Part shown: piece by piece, positions 26,994-35,865 of the stretch | Position numbering within the stretch: position 1 is the stretch's first letter | Layout: every line of letters begins with the position of its first letter | NCBI GenBank assembly: GCA_040902005.1 | Contig: JBBDYA010000046.1 | Coordinates: 1-35,865, forward strand | DNA length: 35,865 nucleotides | DNA from: Gemmatimonadaceae bacterium | Lineage (GTDB): Bacteria; Gemmatimonadota; Gemmatimonadetes; Gemmatimonadales; Gemmatimonadaceae | Reading direction: 5' to 3' | Notes under the pieces: model-generated | What the model saw: the letters and a program-made list of their open reading frames with translations, nothing else | What the model was told of the DNA's origin: nothing | Databases searched by the model: none | Program-made: the position numbers and the translations under genes

Positions 26994-28883
26994 ATGCCAA
27001 TTCGCCATTTCGCCGTCCTCATCGCCTGCTTCGTCGCGACGAGTTGTAGATCCGACACGCGACCGAACGCGGAGCTGACGCCGAGCTCGCGTGACGGACT
27101 AGCCGCTCAGTCCGAAGGCGTACCGCCGAGCGACGTCGCGGACGCCGCGATTGCTTCGGAGCTCACGTGGCGCCGAGTCTGGGTCGGCCGGTACACGGAT
27201 TTCTACGCATGGTCGATCTCGCCGGACGCACGCTTCGCGAGCTTTCCGGAATGGGATACCGGCGACCTCGGCGTGCGAGACCTTGTGACGGACAGCACGC
27301 GCCGCGTCACCAGGAAAGGGACATGGGCCGATTCGAGCGACTACGCCGAAGTGTCGGCCTTCTCGCGCGACGGACGGCGCATCGCGTATGCCTGGTCCGC
27401 TGAGCGAGATGACGGATATCAACTGCGCGTCATCAATACCGACGGTAGCGGAGAGCGTGTGCTGTTCGCCAACGGGGCCAACGTCCGTTACGTCACGCCC
27501 GAGGAGTGGTCGCCGGATGACAAGCTGATTCTCGCGACCATCTGGCGCGGTGACCGAACCAACGAGATCGCACTGATCTCGGCGGACAACGGCCGGCTGC
27601 GCATTCTCAAGTCGCTGGATTGGGCCGCATCCAGCACGCTCAGTTTCTCGCCCGATGGCCGCTACGTCGCCTACGACTTTCCGCCGGAGCGGAGCTCGCC
27701 GCAGCGCGACGTCTACATCCTCGCCGTGGATGGCAGCCGGGAGTTGCACGTCGTCACCGGGCCCGCGAACGATCGCGTGCTCGGGTGGCAGCCGGACGCA
27801 GGCGGCATCCTCTTCTACAGCGACCGTGCCGGCACGCCCGGCATCTGGCGGCTGCCGATGCGCGCGGCGCAACCGGCCGGCGAGCCGGTGCTCGTGCGCA
27901 GCGACGTCTGGCGCCTGGAAGGGATCGGTTTCGGGGAACGCGGCTATTACCACGGTGTGACTGTGCACTCGTCGGAGATTCACCAGGCCACGATCGACGT
28001 TGCCGGCGGCCGCGTGCTCTCCGCGCCGACGCCGGTGGATGTCCACGGCGGCGGCTTTTCCGCCGACTGGTCGCCGGATGGCCACTGGTTCGTGTATCTC
28101 CGCCTGGACGCCAGTGAACGTCGCCAGCAGATCGCGATTCGGTCCGTGTCGGGCGATGAAGTCAGAGAGGTGCCGCACAATTTCGAGACGGTCGGACTCG
28201 TGGCCTGGGGGTCCGACGCGAATTCGCTGCTGGTGTGGGGCGCCGAAAGCCGTCAGCGGCACGCGCTGCATCTGCTCAACCTGCGCGACGGGACGTCGAA
28301 AGCGCTCCGTGGAATGCGCGGCGCGAACGGGACGGATTGGGCGCCCGATGGCCGCACGTTGTATTCGCGCGCGTATACGGAGGGCGACAGAAGCGCCATC
28401 TTCGCGTACGCCGTCGATAGCGCGCACACCCGAGTGTTGTGGTCGCTGCCTTCGGGCGGTGGATTCGCCGTGTCACCGGACGGCGACTCGCTGGCCTACT
28501 CGGTGTTCGATCGCGCGAGCAAGACGCATCGTGTGCTCGTTCGGCCCCTTCGCGGCGGCGCGGTTCGCGAGGTTTTTCGCGTGCAGAGCCCGCGCGCCAT
28601 CGTCGAGAACGGCTCCCTCGCCTGGACGCCGGACGGGCGGCACCTCGTTGTCGCGGAGCTGGGCACGCGAGACCGTCTCGCGCGACTTTGGTCCGTTCCC
28701 CTCAGTGGCGGCCAGGCCCGGGAGATCCTGCACTTCCAGGGCCTCGTTCGCGTGCGACTCCACCCGGACGGCCGCCGGATCCTTTTCAGGGGGGGAGAGT
28801 CGTTGGGCGAGGTGTGGTTACTCGAGCGCTCGAAGGGGGGGGGAGGGCTCGGCCAGGTGTCGACGGCGGTCTCGTCGCCGTAA
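26994..28883 (+). CDS. TolB-like (PD40) probable double beta-propeller, probable lipoprotein (~629 aa)
   Basis: ATG 26994 MPIRHFAVLIACFVATSC; many SPDG/WSPD repeats (ISPDARF, FSRDGRRIAY, FSPDGRYVAY, WSPDGHW, WAPDGRT, VSPDGDSLAY, WTPDGRH). Confidence 0.85.
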   Translation: MPIRHFAVLIACFVATSCRSDTRPNAELTPSSRDGLAAQSEGVPPSDVADAAIASELTWRRVWVGRYTDFYAWSISPDARFASFPEWDTGDLGVRDLVTDSTRRVTRKGTWADSSDYAEVSAFSRDGRRIAYAWSAERDDGYQLRVINTDGSGERVLFANGANVRYVTPEEWSPDDKLILATIWRGDRTNEIALISADNGRLRILKSLDWAASSTLSFSPDGRYVAYDFPPERSSPQRDVYILAVDGSRELHVVTGPANDRVLGWQPDAGGILFYSDRAGTPGIWRLPMRAAQPAGEPVLVRSDVWRLEGIGFGERGYYHGVTVHSSEIHQATIDVAGGRVLSAPTPVDVHGGGFSADWSPDGHWFVYLRLDASERRQQIAIRSVSGDEVREVPHNFETVGLVAWGSDANSLLVWGAESRQRHALHLLNLRDGTSKALRGMRGANGTDWAPDGRTLYSRAYTEGDRSAIFAYAVDSAHTRVLWSLPSGGGFAVSPDGDSLAYSVFDRASKTHRVLVRPLRGGAVREVFRVQSPRAIVENGSLAWTPDGRHLVVAELGTRDRLARLWSVPLSGGQAREILHFQGLVRVRLHPDGRRILFRGGESLGEVWLLERSKGGGGLGQVSTAVSSP

Positions 28884-28907
28884 GCAGTTACACGCGTCAT
28901 TCTCTTC

Positions 28908-29891
28908 ATGCGTCGCGCCTCGATCGGCCTGCTGACCTTGCTGGCGCACGTCTGCGGTCCGGCGAGCTCGTATCATCTCGACGCTCCCAACGGGGTGGAC
29001 GCCTATCTCTTCGTCCCGCCGGAGAACGCGCTCTCAAAGGCCAAGATCGAGCTTGGCAGACGATTGTTCTTTGATCGGCGGTTGTCGGCCGACCAGTCCA
29101 CGAGCTGCGCCTCCTGTCACCGGCCCGAGCGCGCCTTCAGCGACACGGCGCCGCGGGCGATCGGGGTATTCGGGCGCGTCGGAAGGCGCAACGCGCCAGC
29201 GCTGATCAACGTCGGGTATGGCAAGTCGTTTTCCTGGGATGGGCGCACGGCTTCGATCGAGGAGCAGGTGCTTCGGGCGATCCAGGACTCACTCGAGCTG
29301 GCGCTGCCGCTCGACGAGATGGTGGCGCGCCTGCGCGCCGACGCGTACTACCGGCGCGCTTACCGACAATCCTTCGGCGGGGATGTCTCAGCCGAAGCCA
29401 CGGCGCGCGCGCTCGCCAGCTATCTGCGGACGCTCCGCTCAGGCGATTCGCCGCGCGATCGCTTTCATCTCGGCGACACGCTCGGGCTCTCGGTAGAAGC
29501 GCGCCGCGGTTTTCGGCTGTTCGCCGGCAAAGCGAACTGCAGCCGGTGTCACATGGGCCCGACATTGAGCGACGAGGAATTTCACAACACCGGCGTGTCG
29601 TTCGGCGGTGGTGACGCCGGGCGAGCCGAGGTGACTGGCCGGGATGGGGATCGAGGCGCGTTCAACACGCCGACGTTGCGAGACGTGGCGCTGACTTCGC
29701 CCTACATGCATGACGGCAGCTTTCGGATGCTCGAGGAGGTCATCGAGTTCTACAACAGGGGTGGTGGTCCGAACCCCCATCTCGACTCCGAGATCCAGCC
29801 TCTTGGCCTCACGCCGGAGGAGAAGAGATCCCTCCTCGCATTTCTGCAATCACTGACGGGTGAACGTTGTCACGGCCGAATGCGGTGCTGA
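28908..29891 (+). CDS. Diheme cytochrome c peroxidase / MauG-family protein (327 aa)
   Basis: LGRRLFFDRRLS, CASCH, RNAP, SWDGR, CSRCH, TPTLRDVALTSPYMHDG...EFY. Confidence 0.93.
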   Translation: MRRASIGLLTLLAHVCGPASSYHLDAPNGVDAYLFVPPENALSKAKIELGRRLFFDRRLSADQSTSCASCHRPERAFSDTAPRAIGVFGRVGRRNAPALINVGYGKSFSWDGRTASIEEQVLRAIQDSLELALPLDEMVARLRADAYYRRAYRQSFGGDVSAEATARALASYLRTLRSGDSPRDRFHLGDTLGLSVEARRGFRLFAGKANCSRCHMGPTLSDEEFHNTGVSFGGGDAGRAEVTGRDGDRGAFNTPTLRDVALTSPYMHDGSFRMLEEVIEFYNRGGGPNPHLDSEIQPLGLTPEEKRSLLAFLQSLTGERCHGRMRC

Positions 29892-29942
29892 ACGTGGTAT
29901 AGCCCGAAGGTGTTTTCGCCGCCCCTCGCCGGCCGAGTGGAC

Positions 29943-30953
29943 TCACCAGCCCTCTCGCACTTTCCCGCTCAGGGCGCGCAGGAACTCGAGCAATGCCGCC
30001 TTCTCGTCGGCCGTCAGCCGCAGCGGGCGGATTCTGTGGTCCAGGTGTGGGTTGGGAGTGCCGCCACGATCGTAAAAGTCCACGACTTCCTCGAGCGTGG
30101 CCAGGCTGCCGTCGTGCATGTAGGGGGCCGTGGACGCGATCTCACGAAGTGTGGGCGTCTTGAATGCGCCGCGATCCTCGGTCCGCCCGCTCACCAGATT
30201 TCGCCCCGCATCGAGCAACACGCCGTTGCGCCATGCCACTCCGGTGTTGTGGAACTGTTCGTCGGAGAGCAGGCTGCCCGAGTGACACCGATCACAACGG
30301 GCCCGCCCCTGAAAAAGAGCCAGACCGCGTCGTGCGAGAGGGGTCAGCGCACTCTCGTCTCCCGCGCTGAAGCGGTCGAACGGGGAGTCGCCTCCCCGAA
30401 TCGATCGGACGTAGTCCGCCAAGACGCCAGCGATGGCATCGGCGGACGGCTGCTGCTTGCGAAGCGCCTGAAAGGCGACGGCGTACACTCGATGCCGCGC
30501 CAGGCGCTGGACTGCGCTGTCCAAAGCCAGATCCATCTCTACCGGGTCTTGAATTGCTCGCAACACCTGAGACTCGAGCAGGTTCGTCCGGCCGTCCCAT
30601 GAGAACGACGTGCCGTAGCCGCGGTTCAGAACCGTGGGTGAGTTCCGCTTGCCCGGGCGGCCTTGCACTCCTTCCGCGAGCCGCTTCCCATCGGTGAAAG
30701 CCCGCGCCGGATGGTGGCACGTGACGCAGGCCACGGTGGAATCGCGAGAGAGCACGGGATCGAAGAACAGCAGGCGTCCGAGTGCGATCGCCTCCCGAGA
30801 GGGCGTCCCAACAGGCGCCGGTATGTAGAGATCCAGCCCAGTCGGAGGCAGCTGACGACCGCCGTGGGCCTGAGCCTGCACCCCCGACGCCGCGATCATC
30901 AGCGCCGGGAGTGCGCATGCAACGATGGTCAACGCGACGCGCGGCGCTGCCAT
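29943..30953 (-). CDS. Diheme cytochrome c peroxidase / MauG-family protein (~336 aa)
   Basis: Signal peptide; LGRLLFFDPVLS, CVTCH, RNSP, SWDGR, CDRCH, FKTPTLREIASTAPYMHDG...DFY. Start at ATG 30953 or GTG 30974. Confidence 0.93.
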   Translation of the reverse strand: MAAPRVALTIVACALPALMIAASGVQAQAHGGRQLPPTGLDLYIPAPVGTPSREAIALGRLLFFDPVLSRDSTVACVTCHHPARAFTDGKRLAEGVQGRPGKRNSPTVLNRGYGTSFSWDGRTNLLESQVLRAIQDPVEMDLALDSAVQRLARHRVYAVAFQALRKQQPSADAIAGVLADYVRSIRGGDSPFDRFSAGDESALTPLARRGLALFQGRARCDRCHSGSLLSDEQFHNTGVAWRNGVLLDAGRNLVSGRTEDRGAFKTPTLREIASTAPYMHDGSLATLEEVVDFYDRGGTPNPHLDHRIRPLRLTADEKAALLEFLRALSGKVREGW

Positions 30954-33181
30954 GAGAAACCGTCCATGAGCCACAGCTCGTTGACGCTCGCGGCCATCGT
31001 GAGCGCGACCCGTCCGCTCCCGTCTGGTGCGAAGTCGAGCTCGGCCAGCTGCTGCCAGCTGAGTGCAACGCTCAGGCGACGCGGTGCGCTGCCGTCAAGA
31101 GCGACGTGCCAGAGCGTGCCGCGCTCATGTTCGCGGCGCGCGGTGACGAACAGCAGGCCGCTTCCGTCTGGCAGCCATCGCACCGCCATCTTCTCCTGAT
31201 CGGCAGTCGGAGCGCGGGCGATCTCTTTCAGCGATCCTGCCCCCCCCGTAACCGGCATGACGAAGAGGACCCTCGAGATTGCCTCGACGGTGTCGCTCGG
31301 CAGCACCATCGCGAGCGTGTTGCCGTCGGGCGACAATTCCCAGGAATGGGTGTGCCCGTAGACGATCGTGCGAAGGTCCTGCCCGTCGCCCGCGGGTCTG
31401 CGGTACACCCCTTCTCGTACCAGCAGCGGCTCTTCGCCCGGCGCCAACGTGAAGTCGCCATTGCGAAACCTTTGCAGATCGGGCTGGCCGAAGAGCCTCA
31501 GCCCCAACTCTCCGAGTCGCTGTGTTTGGCGTGCCGTGGCAAAACGAAAGATCCCTCCGGTGGTGCCGCTGGCGTGGTGCAGGTGTGGCTGCGGCTCGAT
31601 CGCCCCCGAGGAGACATCGACACGGTACGTCATTCGCCGGAAATCGCTCGGGGCGGGATCGCCGGTGGCACCACCCTCCAGCAGCACGCCACTGCCGTCC
31701 GCGGTCCACGCGGGACGCGTGGCTCGGTTGAAGACCTGGAACGGCAATCCGTGGCTGCGCTCCTCGCCAGTGTCCATGGCTCGGACGACAAGGTGTGGTT
31801 CACTGATGCCGACACCTCGCATGGAAATGAACGCCACGCGCGATCCGTCGGGTGACCACACTGCGCGCCGGTTCCGTCCAATGAAGTTCGAGGTGAGCGG
31901 CTCCATCCCCTCGAGCGAGCCGGTGCCGGTCAGGTCCAGCCTGGACGAAAAGACGTTCGCTTCACCGCGTGAGATCCGGTACGACAATGCACCGGTAGAC
32001 GTGAAGCCGAGGAGCTGGGCAGCGCCGATGTCGGGGCGCACCAACTCCGGCTCGCCCGTGCCGCGGCCGTCCTGCACACGAATCGCCCACAACCCGGGTT
32101 GGCCCGAGCGACGGCTCAGAAAAAGGACGCGATCGCCCTCCGGGGAAAAGATTCCGTGCGGTTCGTCCGCTGGATGCGGCGCCAGAGGGGTCTCGGATGA
32201 GCCGTCGCTTGCGAGGAGAAAGAGATCGTGATCCGTGACACCGACGCCCTGGTGGTACTCGTAGAGGAGAAAGCGCCCGTCCGGTGACGCCGAGATCGTG
32301 TGCACCGCGTGTCCGCCGAGCGTTTTGACGACGCGGGTCGAACCGTCGCGAGTCGAGACGAGCACGATGCGGTAGCGGTCGTCCCAGCCTTTTACCGACG
32401 CGGCGATGAAGCCGCCGGCGGCGGACCACGCCATGGGCTGCAGCTCTGCAAACTGGACGTTGTTCACGAGCAGTCTGTTGTCTCGCCCATTCGCACCAAC
32501 GGTGTACAGATCCATGTGGGTCCAGCTCGTGTCCCACAGGGAATAGGCCAGGCGCTGTCCGTCAGGCGACCAGATGACGTCCGCGATGTAGGTATCGACG
32601 AGGTACTGCGGCGGACGGTCGGTGATCACGCTCGCGCGACGGGTCGTCAGATCATAAACCGCGACATCCGCGTGGCCGCGCAGCCCTTCCATGTCGATGT
32701 TTCTCCAGTCGACGAAGGCAACGCGCCGGCCATCCGGCGACACCGTATTGATCCCCAGCGACGCGCGAGTGGTCCACAACTGCTTTACCGTGATCCCGTC
32801 GACTGGTGCGTCGCGCTGCGGAGCCGAGGCGACGAGCGCGGCAAGGCGGCGGCGCGCCATCGCGGCCTGCTCCGTCTGATCGCCGAACTCGTTCACCACG
32901 CGCTGGTAGGCGCGCTGCGCTTCGCCCTGGCCGAGGGTCTCGTATGCGCGGCCGAGACTGACGAGCGCCTTCGCGACAGTCGCACGGTCCGCGCGCCGGT
33001 CCTCCGCGACGCGCCGGTACAGGGTGATCGCCGAATCGAGGTTCCCGTTGACGGTCTCCTGATGCACTGCCGCTTGCAGCATGACCGCGGCGTCGGCGGT
33101 GCGAGTCTGTGCGCTCATCGGGGTGCCGGCACAGAGCGCAAGGCAGGCAGCGAGCGACAAGCAAACGCGTGTGGTCCTCAT
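30929..33181 (-). CDS. Secreted TPR + TolB-like (PD40) beta-propeller protein (~750 aa)
   Basis: GAGGGA RBS, ATG 33181 with signal peptide; TPR-like GNLDSAITLYRRV...KALVSLGRAYETLG...AYQRVVNEF; repeats VSPDGRRVAF, WSPDGQRLAY, WSPDGSRVAF, LSPDG. Confidence 0.87.
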   Translation of the reverse strand: MRTTRVCLSLAACLALCAGTPMSAQTRTADAAVMLQAAVHQETVNGNLDSAITLYRRVAEDRRADRATVAKALVSLGRAYETLGQGEAQRAYQRVVNEFGDQTEQAAMARRRLAALVASAPQRDAPVDGITVKQLWTTRASLGINTVSPDGRRVAFVDWRNIDMEGLRGHADVAVYDLTTRRASVITDRPPQYLVDTYIADVIWSPDGQRLAYSLWDTSWTHMDLYTVGANGRDNRLLVNNVQFAELQPMAWSAAGGFIAASVKGWDDRYRIVLVSTRDGSTRVVKTLGGHAVHTISASPDGRFLLYEYHQGVGVTDHDLFLLASDGSSETPLAPHPADEPHGIFSPEGDRVLFLSRRSGQPGLWAIRVQDGRGTGEPELVRPDIGAAQLLGFTSTGALSYRISRGEANVFSSRLDLTGTGSLEGMEPLTSNFIGRNRRAVWSPDGSRVAFISMRGVGISEPHLVVRAMDTGEERSHGLPFQVFNRATRPAWTADGSGVLLEGGATGDPAPSDFRRMTYRVDVSSGAIEPQPHLHHASGTTGGIFRFATARQTQRLGELGLRLFGQPDLQRFRNGDFTLAPGEEPLLVREGVYRRPAGDGQDLRTIVYGHTHSWELSPDGNTLAMVLPSDTVEAISRVLFVMPVTGGAGSLKEIARAPTADQEKMAVRWLPDGSGLLFVTARREHERGTLWHVALDGSAPRRLSVALSWQQLAELDFAPDGSGRVALTMAASVNELWLMDGFSWQRRASR

Positions 33182-33208
33182 AGGTCCCTCCGCGAAGTGA
33201 ATTGCGAT

Positions 33209-33301
33209 GGGACCAGTGTACGGACCTCGCACACGCTACAGGTGGGGAACGTCATCCGCGCACGTGGAGGGGCGGATGAGAATCTGTCAGGATGTCCTGA
33301 C
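33209..33301 (-). promoter_or_regulatory. Promoter family B, copy 2: GTCAG-N6-CTGAC palindrome, CAC(G/C)T boxes, -10 TACACT
   Basis: Gapless homolog of 20267-20359; sits between the OmpR-family gene stop and the TPR-propeller start. Confidence 0.7.
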
Positions 33302-33307
33302 ACACCG

Positions 33308-33982
33308 TCATCCATCGAAGCGATAGCCGACGCCCCGCACGCTCACCAGATACCGGGGAGAGGCCGGGTCGGGCTCGATCTTCTTGCGCAGGTTGGCGAT
33401 GTGCGTGTCGATGACCCGGTCCGTCATGAAGGCATCCGCGCCCCACACGTCGTCCTTGATCTCAGCCCGGCGCATGGCCTTCCCGCGATTCCGGATGAAC
33501 GCGGACAGCAGCTTCAGCTCGAGCGGGGTGACATGAACCACCGCGCCACCGCGACGCAGCTCGAACCGCCCGAAGTCGGCTTCGAGCTCGCCGAACTGAT
33601 ACACCTTTGGCTCATCAACCGTCGAGCGGCGCAGGACGGCTTTGATGCGAGCGCGCAGTTCCGCGGGGCTGAACGGCTTCGTGATGTAATCGTCGGCGCC
33701 CAGATCCAGTCCCATCACCTTCTCAGCCTCCTGCGTTTTCGCGGTCAACATGATGATCGGCGTGGACACGCCGCGGCGCCGCAGCTCGCGGCAGACCTCG
33801 AAGCCGTTGCGTCCCGGCATCATCACGTCGAGGAGAATGACGTCGAAGCTGTCCTCCATCGCGCGCCTGGCGCCGGCATCGCCGTCGCGCGCGACTTCCA
33901 CGTCGTACCCCTCGAGCTCGAGGTCGTCCTCGAGACCAAGCGCGATCGACGGCTCGTCCTCTACCACCAATATGCGAGTCAT
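33308..33982 (-). CDS. OmpR/PhoB family response regulator (224 aa)
   Basis: ILVVEDE, LLDVMMPG, MLTAK, GADDYITKPF, winged helix RVIDTHIANLRKKIE...VRGVGYRF. Confidence 0.96.
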   Translation of the reverse strand: MTRILVVEDEPSIALGLEDDLELEGYDVEVARDGDAGARRAMEDSFDVILLDVMMPGRNGFEVCRELRRRGVSTPIIMLTAKTQEAEKVMGLDLGADDYITKPFSPAELRARIKAVLRRSTVDEPKVYQFGELEADFGRFELRRGGAVVHVTPLELKLLSAFIRNRGKAMRRAEIKDDVWGADAFMTDRVIDTHIANLRKKIEPDPASPRYLVSVRGVGYRFDG

Positions 33983-35865
33983 GCCGCCGCCACCGGCAGT
34001 GTAATGGTGAAGGTGCTGCCTGCACCCGGCGCGCTCTCCACCGACACCACGCCATCATGCGCTTCGACCACCTGCCGTACGATCGCGAGACCGATACCGG
34101 TGCCGCGGATACCTCGCTCCCGGGCTGCCGCTCCGCGCTCAAACTTCTCGAATACACTCGTCTGCTCGCCCGCTGGAATGCCGATGCCGCGATCACGGAC
34201 GACGATGGCCAGCGTCGTCCCGTCGCATGCGACGCGCACCTGAACGACACGCTCGTCCGGCGAGTACTTGACCGCGTTGTCGAGCAGATTCCACAGCGCC
34301 CGTCGCAGTGCCTCGGCGTCACCACGCACGACGCACGCATCGCCCGCGGCAGGGGGCGCGGTCAGCTCAATCGTGACGCCGCCGGCCGCCGTGTCGCGCT
34401 CAAACTCCGCCACGGTGTCTCGCACCAGTGCCACGCCGTCCAGGGACTCGGTACGCCGCTCAGCGGCGCCGGCGTCGGCGCGGCCAAAGTCGAGCAACGA
34501 CTCCACGAATCGATGCAGGCGAGCGGTCTCGCGCTGCATCGCCCCGTAGTATTCCGTGCGCCGCTCGGGCGACGCGACGCGTCCGGACGCGAGCAGCTCG
34601 GTCAACTGCCGCAGCGACGTGAGCGGCGTGCGGAACTCGTGCGACACCGCGGCCACGAAATCGGCCTGGAGCCTGGCCGCGCTCAACTCGCGATTGGCCG
34701 CACGGCTCACGGCATACGTGCCGAAGAGTGCCAGCAGCCCGGCGACCACGATGCCGGCGATCAGCAGCCGCCGGCGCTCCACGACGGCGGCGTCCGCGCC
34801 GCCCGCCGCGCTCACGTGCAGCGTCCACGGAAGCCGTGTCTCCGACGCGGGACGCGATACGCGCGCTCCCGCCGGGCTCGCGGTGCCGGACGCGACCACG
34901 AGACGATTGGCGTCGTCGGCAAGCGCGAGACGCACCTGCTGCCGCTCGAGCAATGGCGCAACCGCCGAGAGCATCGCGTCCTGGAGAAAGGCCGGCCCGG
35001 CAACAAGAGCGGCGATGCGGTCGCCGCGCGCGCTCCAGACGAGGAGGAGCGCGTGGTCGCCGACCTGGACGGAGCGTGCGCCGGTCGCAGGCAGCGGCTC
35101 GCCATTGTCGGCTCGCCATTCGGTCCACGCCGATGCCGCGGCGTCGGAGAGCGCTATCCGGACCGATACGTCCACGTCGCCATGGGGCATGGGAGACAGC
35201 GCGAGCGCGCGCGACGCCTCGGCGTCGTAGAAGGCGAACGCGGACCGTGGAATGCGCCAGCGGCCGGCATGCAGCGCATCGTGCAGCTCCGTGGCGTCGC
35301 GGCGGAGGATGGCCGTGTCACCTCCGTCTGGCTCGCTCAGCAGCGCAACGCGTGCCGCGCTCGCCACCAAGGATGCCGGGAGACCGTTGACGATCGCGTC
35401 GTCCAGCTGCGCCAGCTCGTCGTACGCCGCGGCGGCCAGGTGGAAGGTGTTCGCCTTCCGGGTGGCGCGGCCGAGGCGCAGTAACGCCGCCGCTCGCACG
35501 GAGGCGTCTCGGGAGCGGGCAAGCTCGCGATAGACCGCGCCGGCCGCCGACGGATTGCGGGCGCGAAACTCGAGCGAGTCGCCGCGCGCGAATATCGCCG
35601 CGGCGGGCTCGGTCGCCCGGCGCGGCAATGGATCGTAGAGCAGCCGGCCGCGCGGGTAGGCCTCGAAGCGATCGGCCGTCGCGAGCAGCAGCAACGCGTC
35701 GCGCGGAAGCCGGGCGGCGACACGCTCGGCGGCGCCGTCGCCGGCGTTTCCGTGTAGAGCAACGAGACGGGCCAGCGTGTCTCCGACGCTGGCGATGCCG
35801 CGCAGCAAACCAGCCGCGATCAGATCGGCGGAATTCTCCAGGCGGTCGCGCGTGCGCTGCCGCTC
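33979..35865 (-). CDS. Sensor histidine kinase with large helical periplasmic domain; 5' end lies beyond the window
   Basis: Frame open to the right edge (ERQRTRDRLENSADLIAAGLLR...); TM LLIAGIVVAGLLALFG; H-box SHEFRTPL, NLLDNAVKYS, DRGIGI, GTGIGL; ATGA overlap with the regulator. Confidence 0.93.
   Translation of the reverse strand, partial: ERQRTRDRLENSADLIAAGLLRGIASVGDTLARLVALHGNAGDGAAERVAARLPRDALLLLATADRFEAYPRGRLLYDPLPRRATEPAAAIFARGDSLEFRARNPSAAGAVYRELARSRDASVRAAALLRLGRATRKANTFHLAAAAYDELAQLDDAIVNGLPASLVASAARVALLSEPDGGDTAILRRDATELHDALHAGRWRIPRSAFAFYDAEASRALALSPMPHGDVDVSVRIALSDAAASAWTEWRADNGEPLPATGARSVQVGDHALLLVWSARGDRIAALVAGPAFLQDAMLSAVAPLLERQQVRLALADDANRLVVASGTASPAGARVSRPASETRLPWTLHVSAAGGADAAVVERRRLLIAGIVVAGLLALFGTYAVSRAANRELSAARLQADFVAAVSHEFRTPLTSLRQLTELLASGRVASPERRTEYYGAMQRETARLHRFVESLLDFGRADAGAAERRTESLDGVALVRDTVAEFERDTAAGGVTIELTAPPAAGDACVVRGDAEALRRALWNLLDNAVKYSPDERVVQVRVACDGTTLAIVVRDRGIGIPAGEQTSVFEKFERGAAARERGIRGTGIGLAIVRQVVEAHDGVVSVESAPGAGSTFTITLPVAAA

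Noticed and set aside
29892..29942. Bidirectional terminator between the convergent peroxidase genes
   Set aside because: No convincing stem-loop with a U-tract is visible.
28908..30953. Gene symbols mauG or ccpA; methylamine utilisation cluster
   Set aside because: Only family-level similarity; no mauABDE genes in the window, so orthology is unsupported.

Overview
High-GC bacterial DNA, probably Gemmatimonadota (or Acidobacteriota-like), inferred from gene content only. It has three parts. (1) 1-13342, minus strand: a translationally coupled 9-gene MoxR/VWA operon. It encodes a VWA/GATase-like membrane protein, a caspase-like protein, a TPR-metallopeptidase, two DUF4159-like paralogs, a MoxR AAA+ ATPase, DUF58, BatA-VWA, and a DUF4175-like protein that runs off the left edge and is missing from the ORF track. 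(2) 13503-16597: an APC permease and amidohydrolase pair, plus a diheme cytochrome c. (3) 16735-35865: an accessory envelope region with a large repeat-containing surface lipoprotein, an orphan lipoprotein, and four TolB-like beta-propeller proteins. It also holds two convergent mirror cassettes, each [two-component system - beta-propeller - MauG-like Tyr-ligated diheme enzyme]. Reading the intergenic DNA shows two families of homologous promoters. One family has three sigma54-type modules (GTAAC-N5-GTTAC UAS, IHF-like box, -24/-12) around the NtrC-family system. The other has two gaplessly alignable GTCAG-N6-CTGAC ... TAnnnT promoters, one of them next to the OmpR-family system. Together they suggest a cross-wired, two-input envelope redox or protein-modification regulon. 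All family calls come from motif recognition by eye; no database searches were run.
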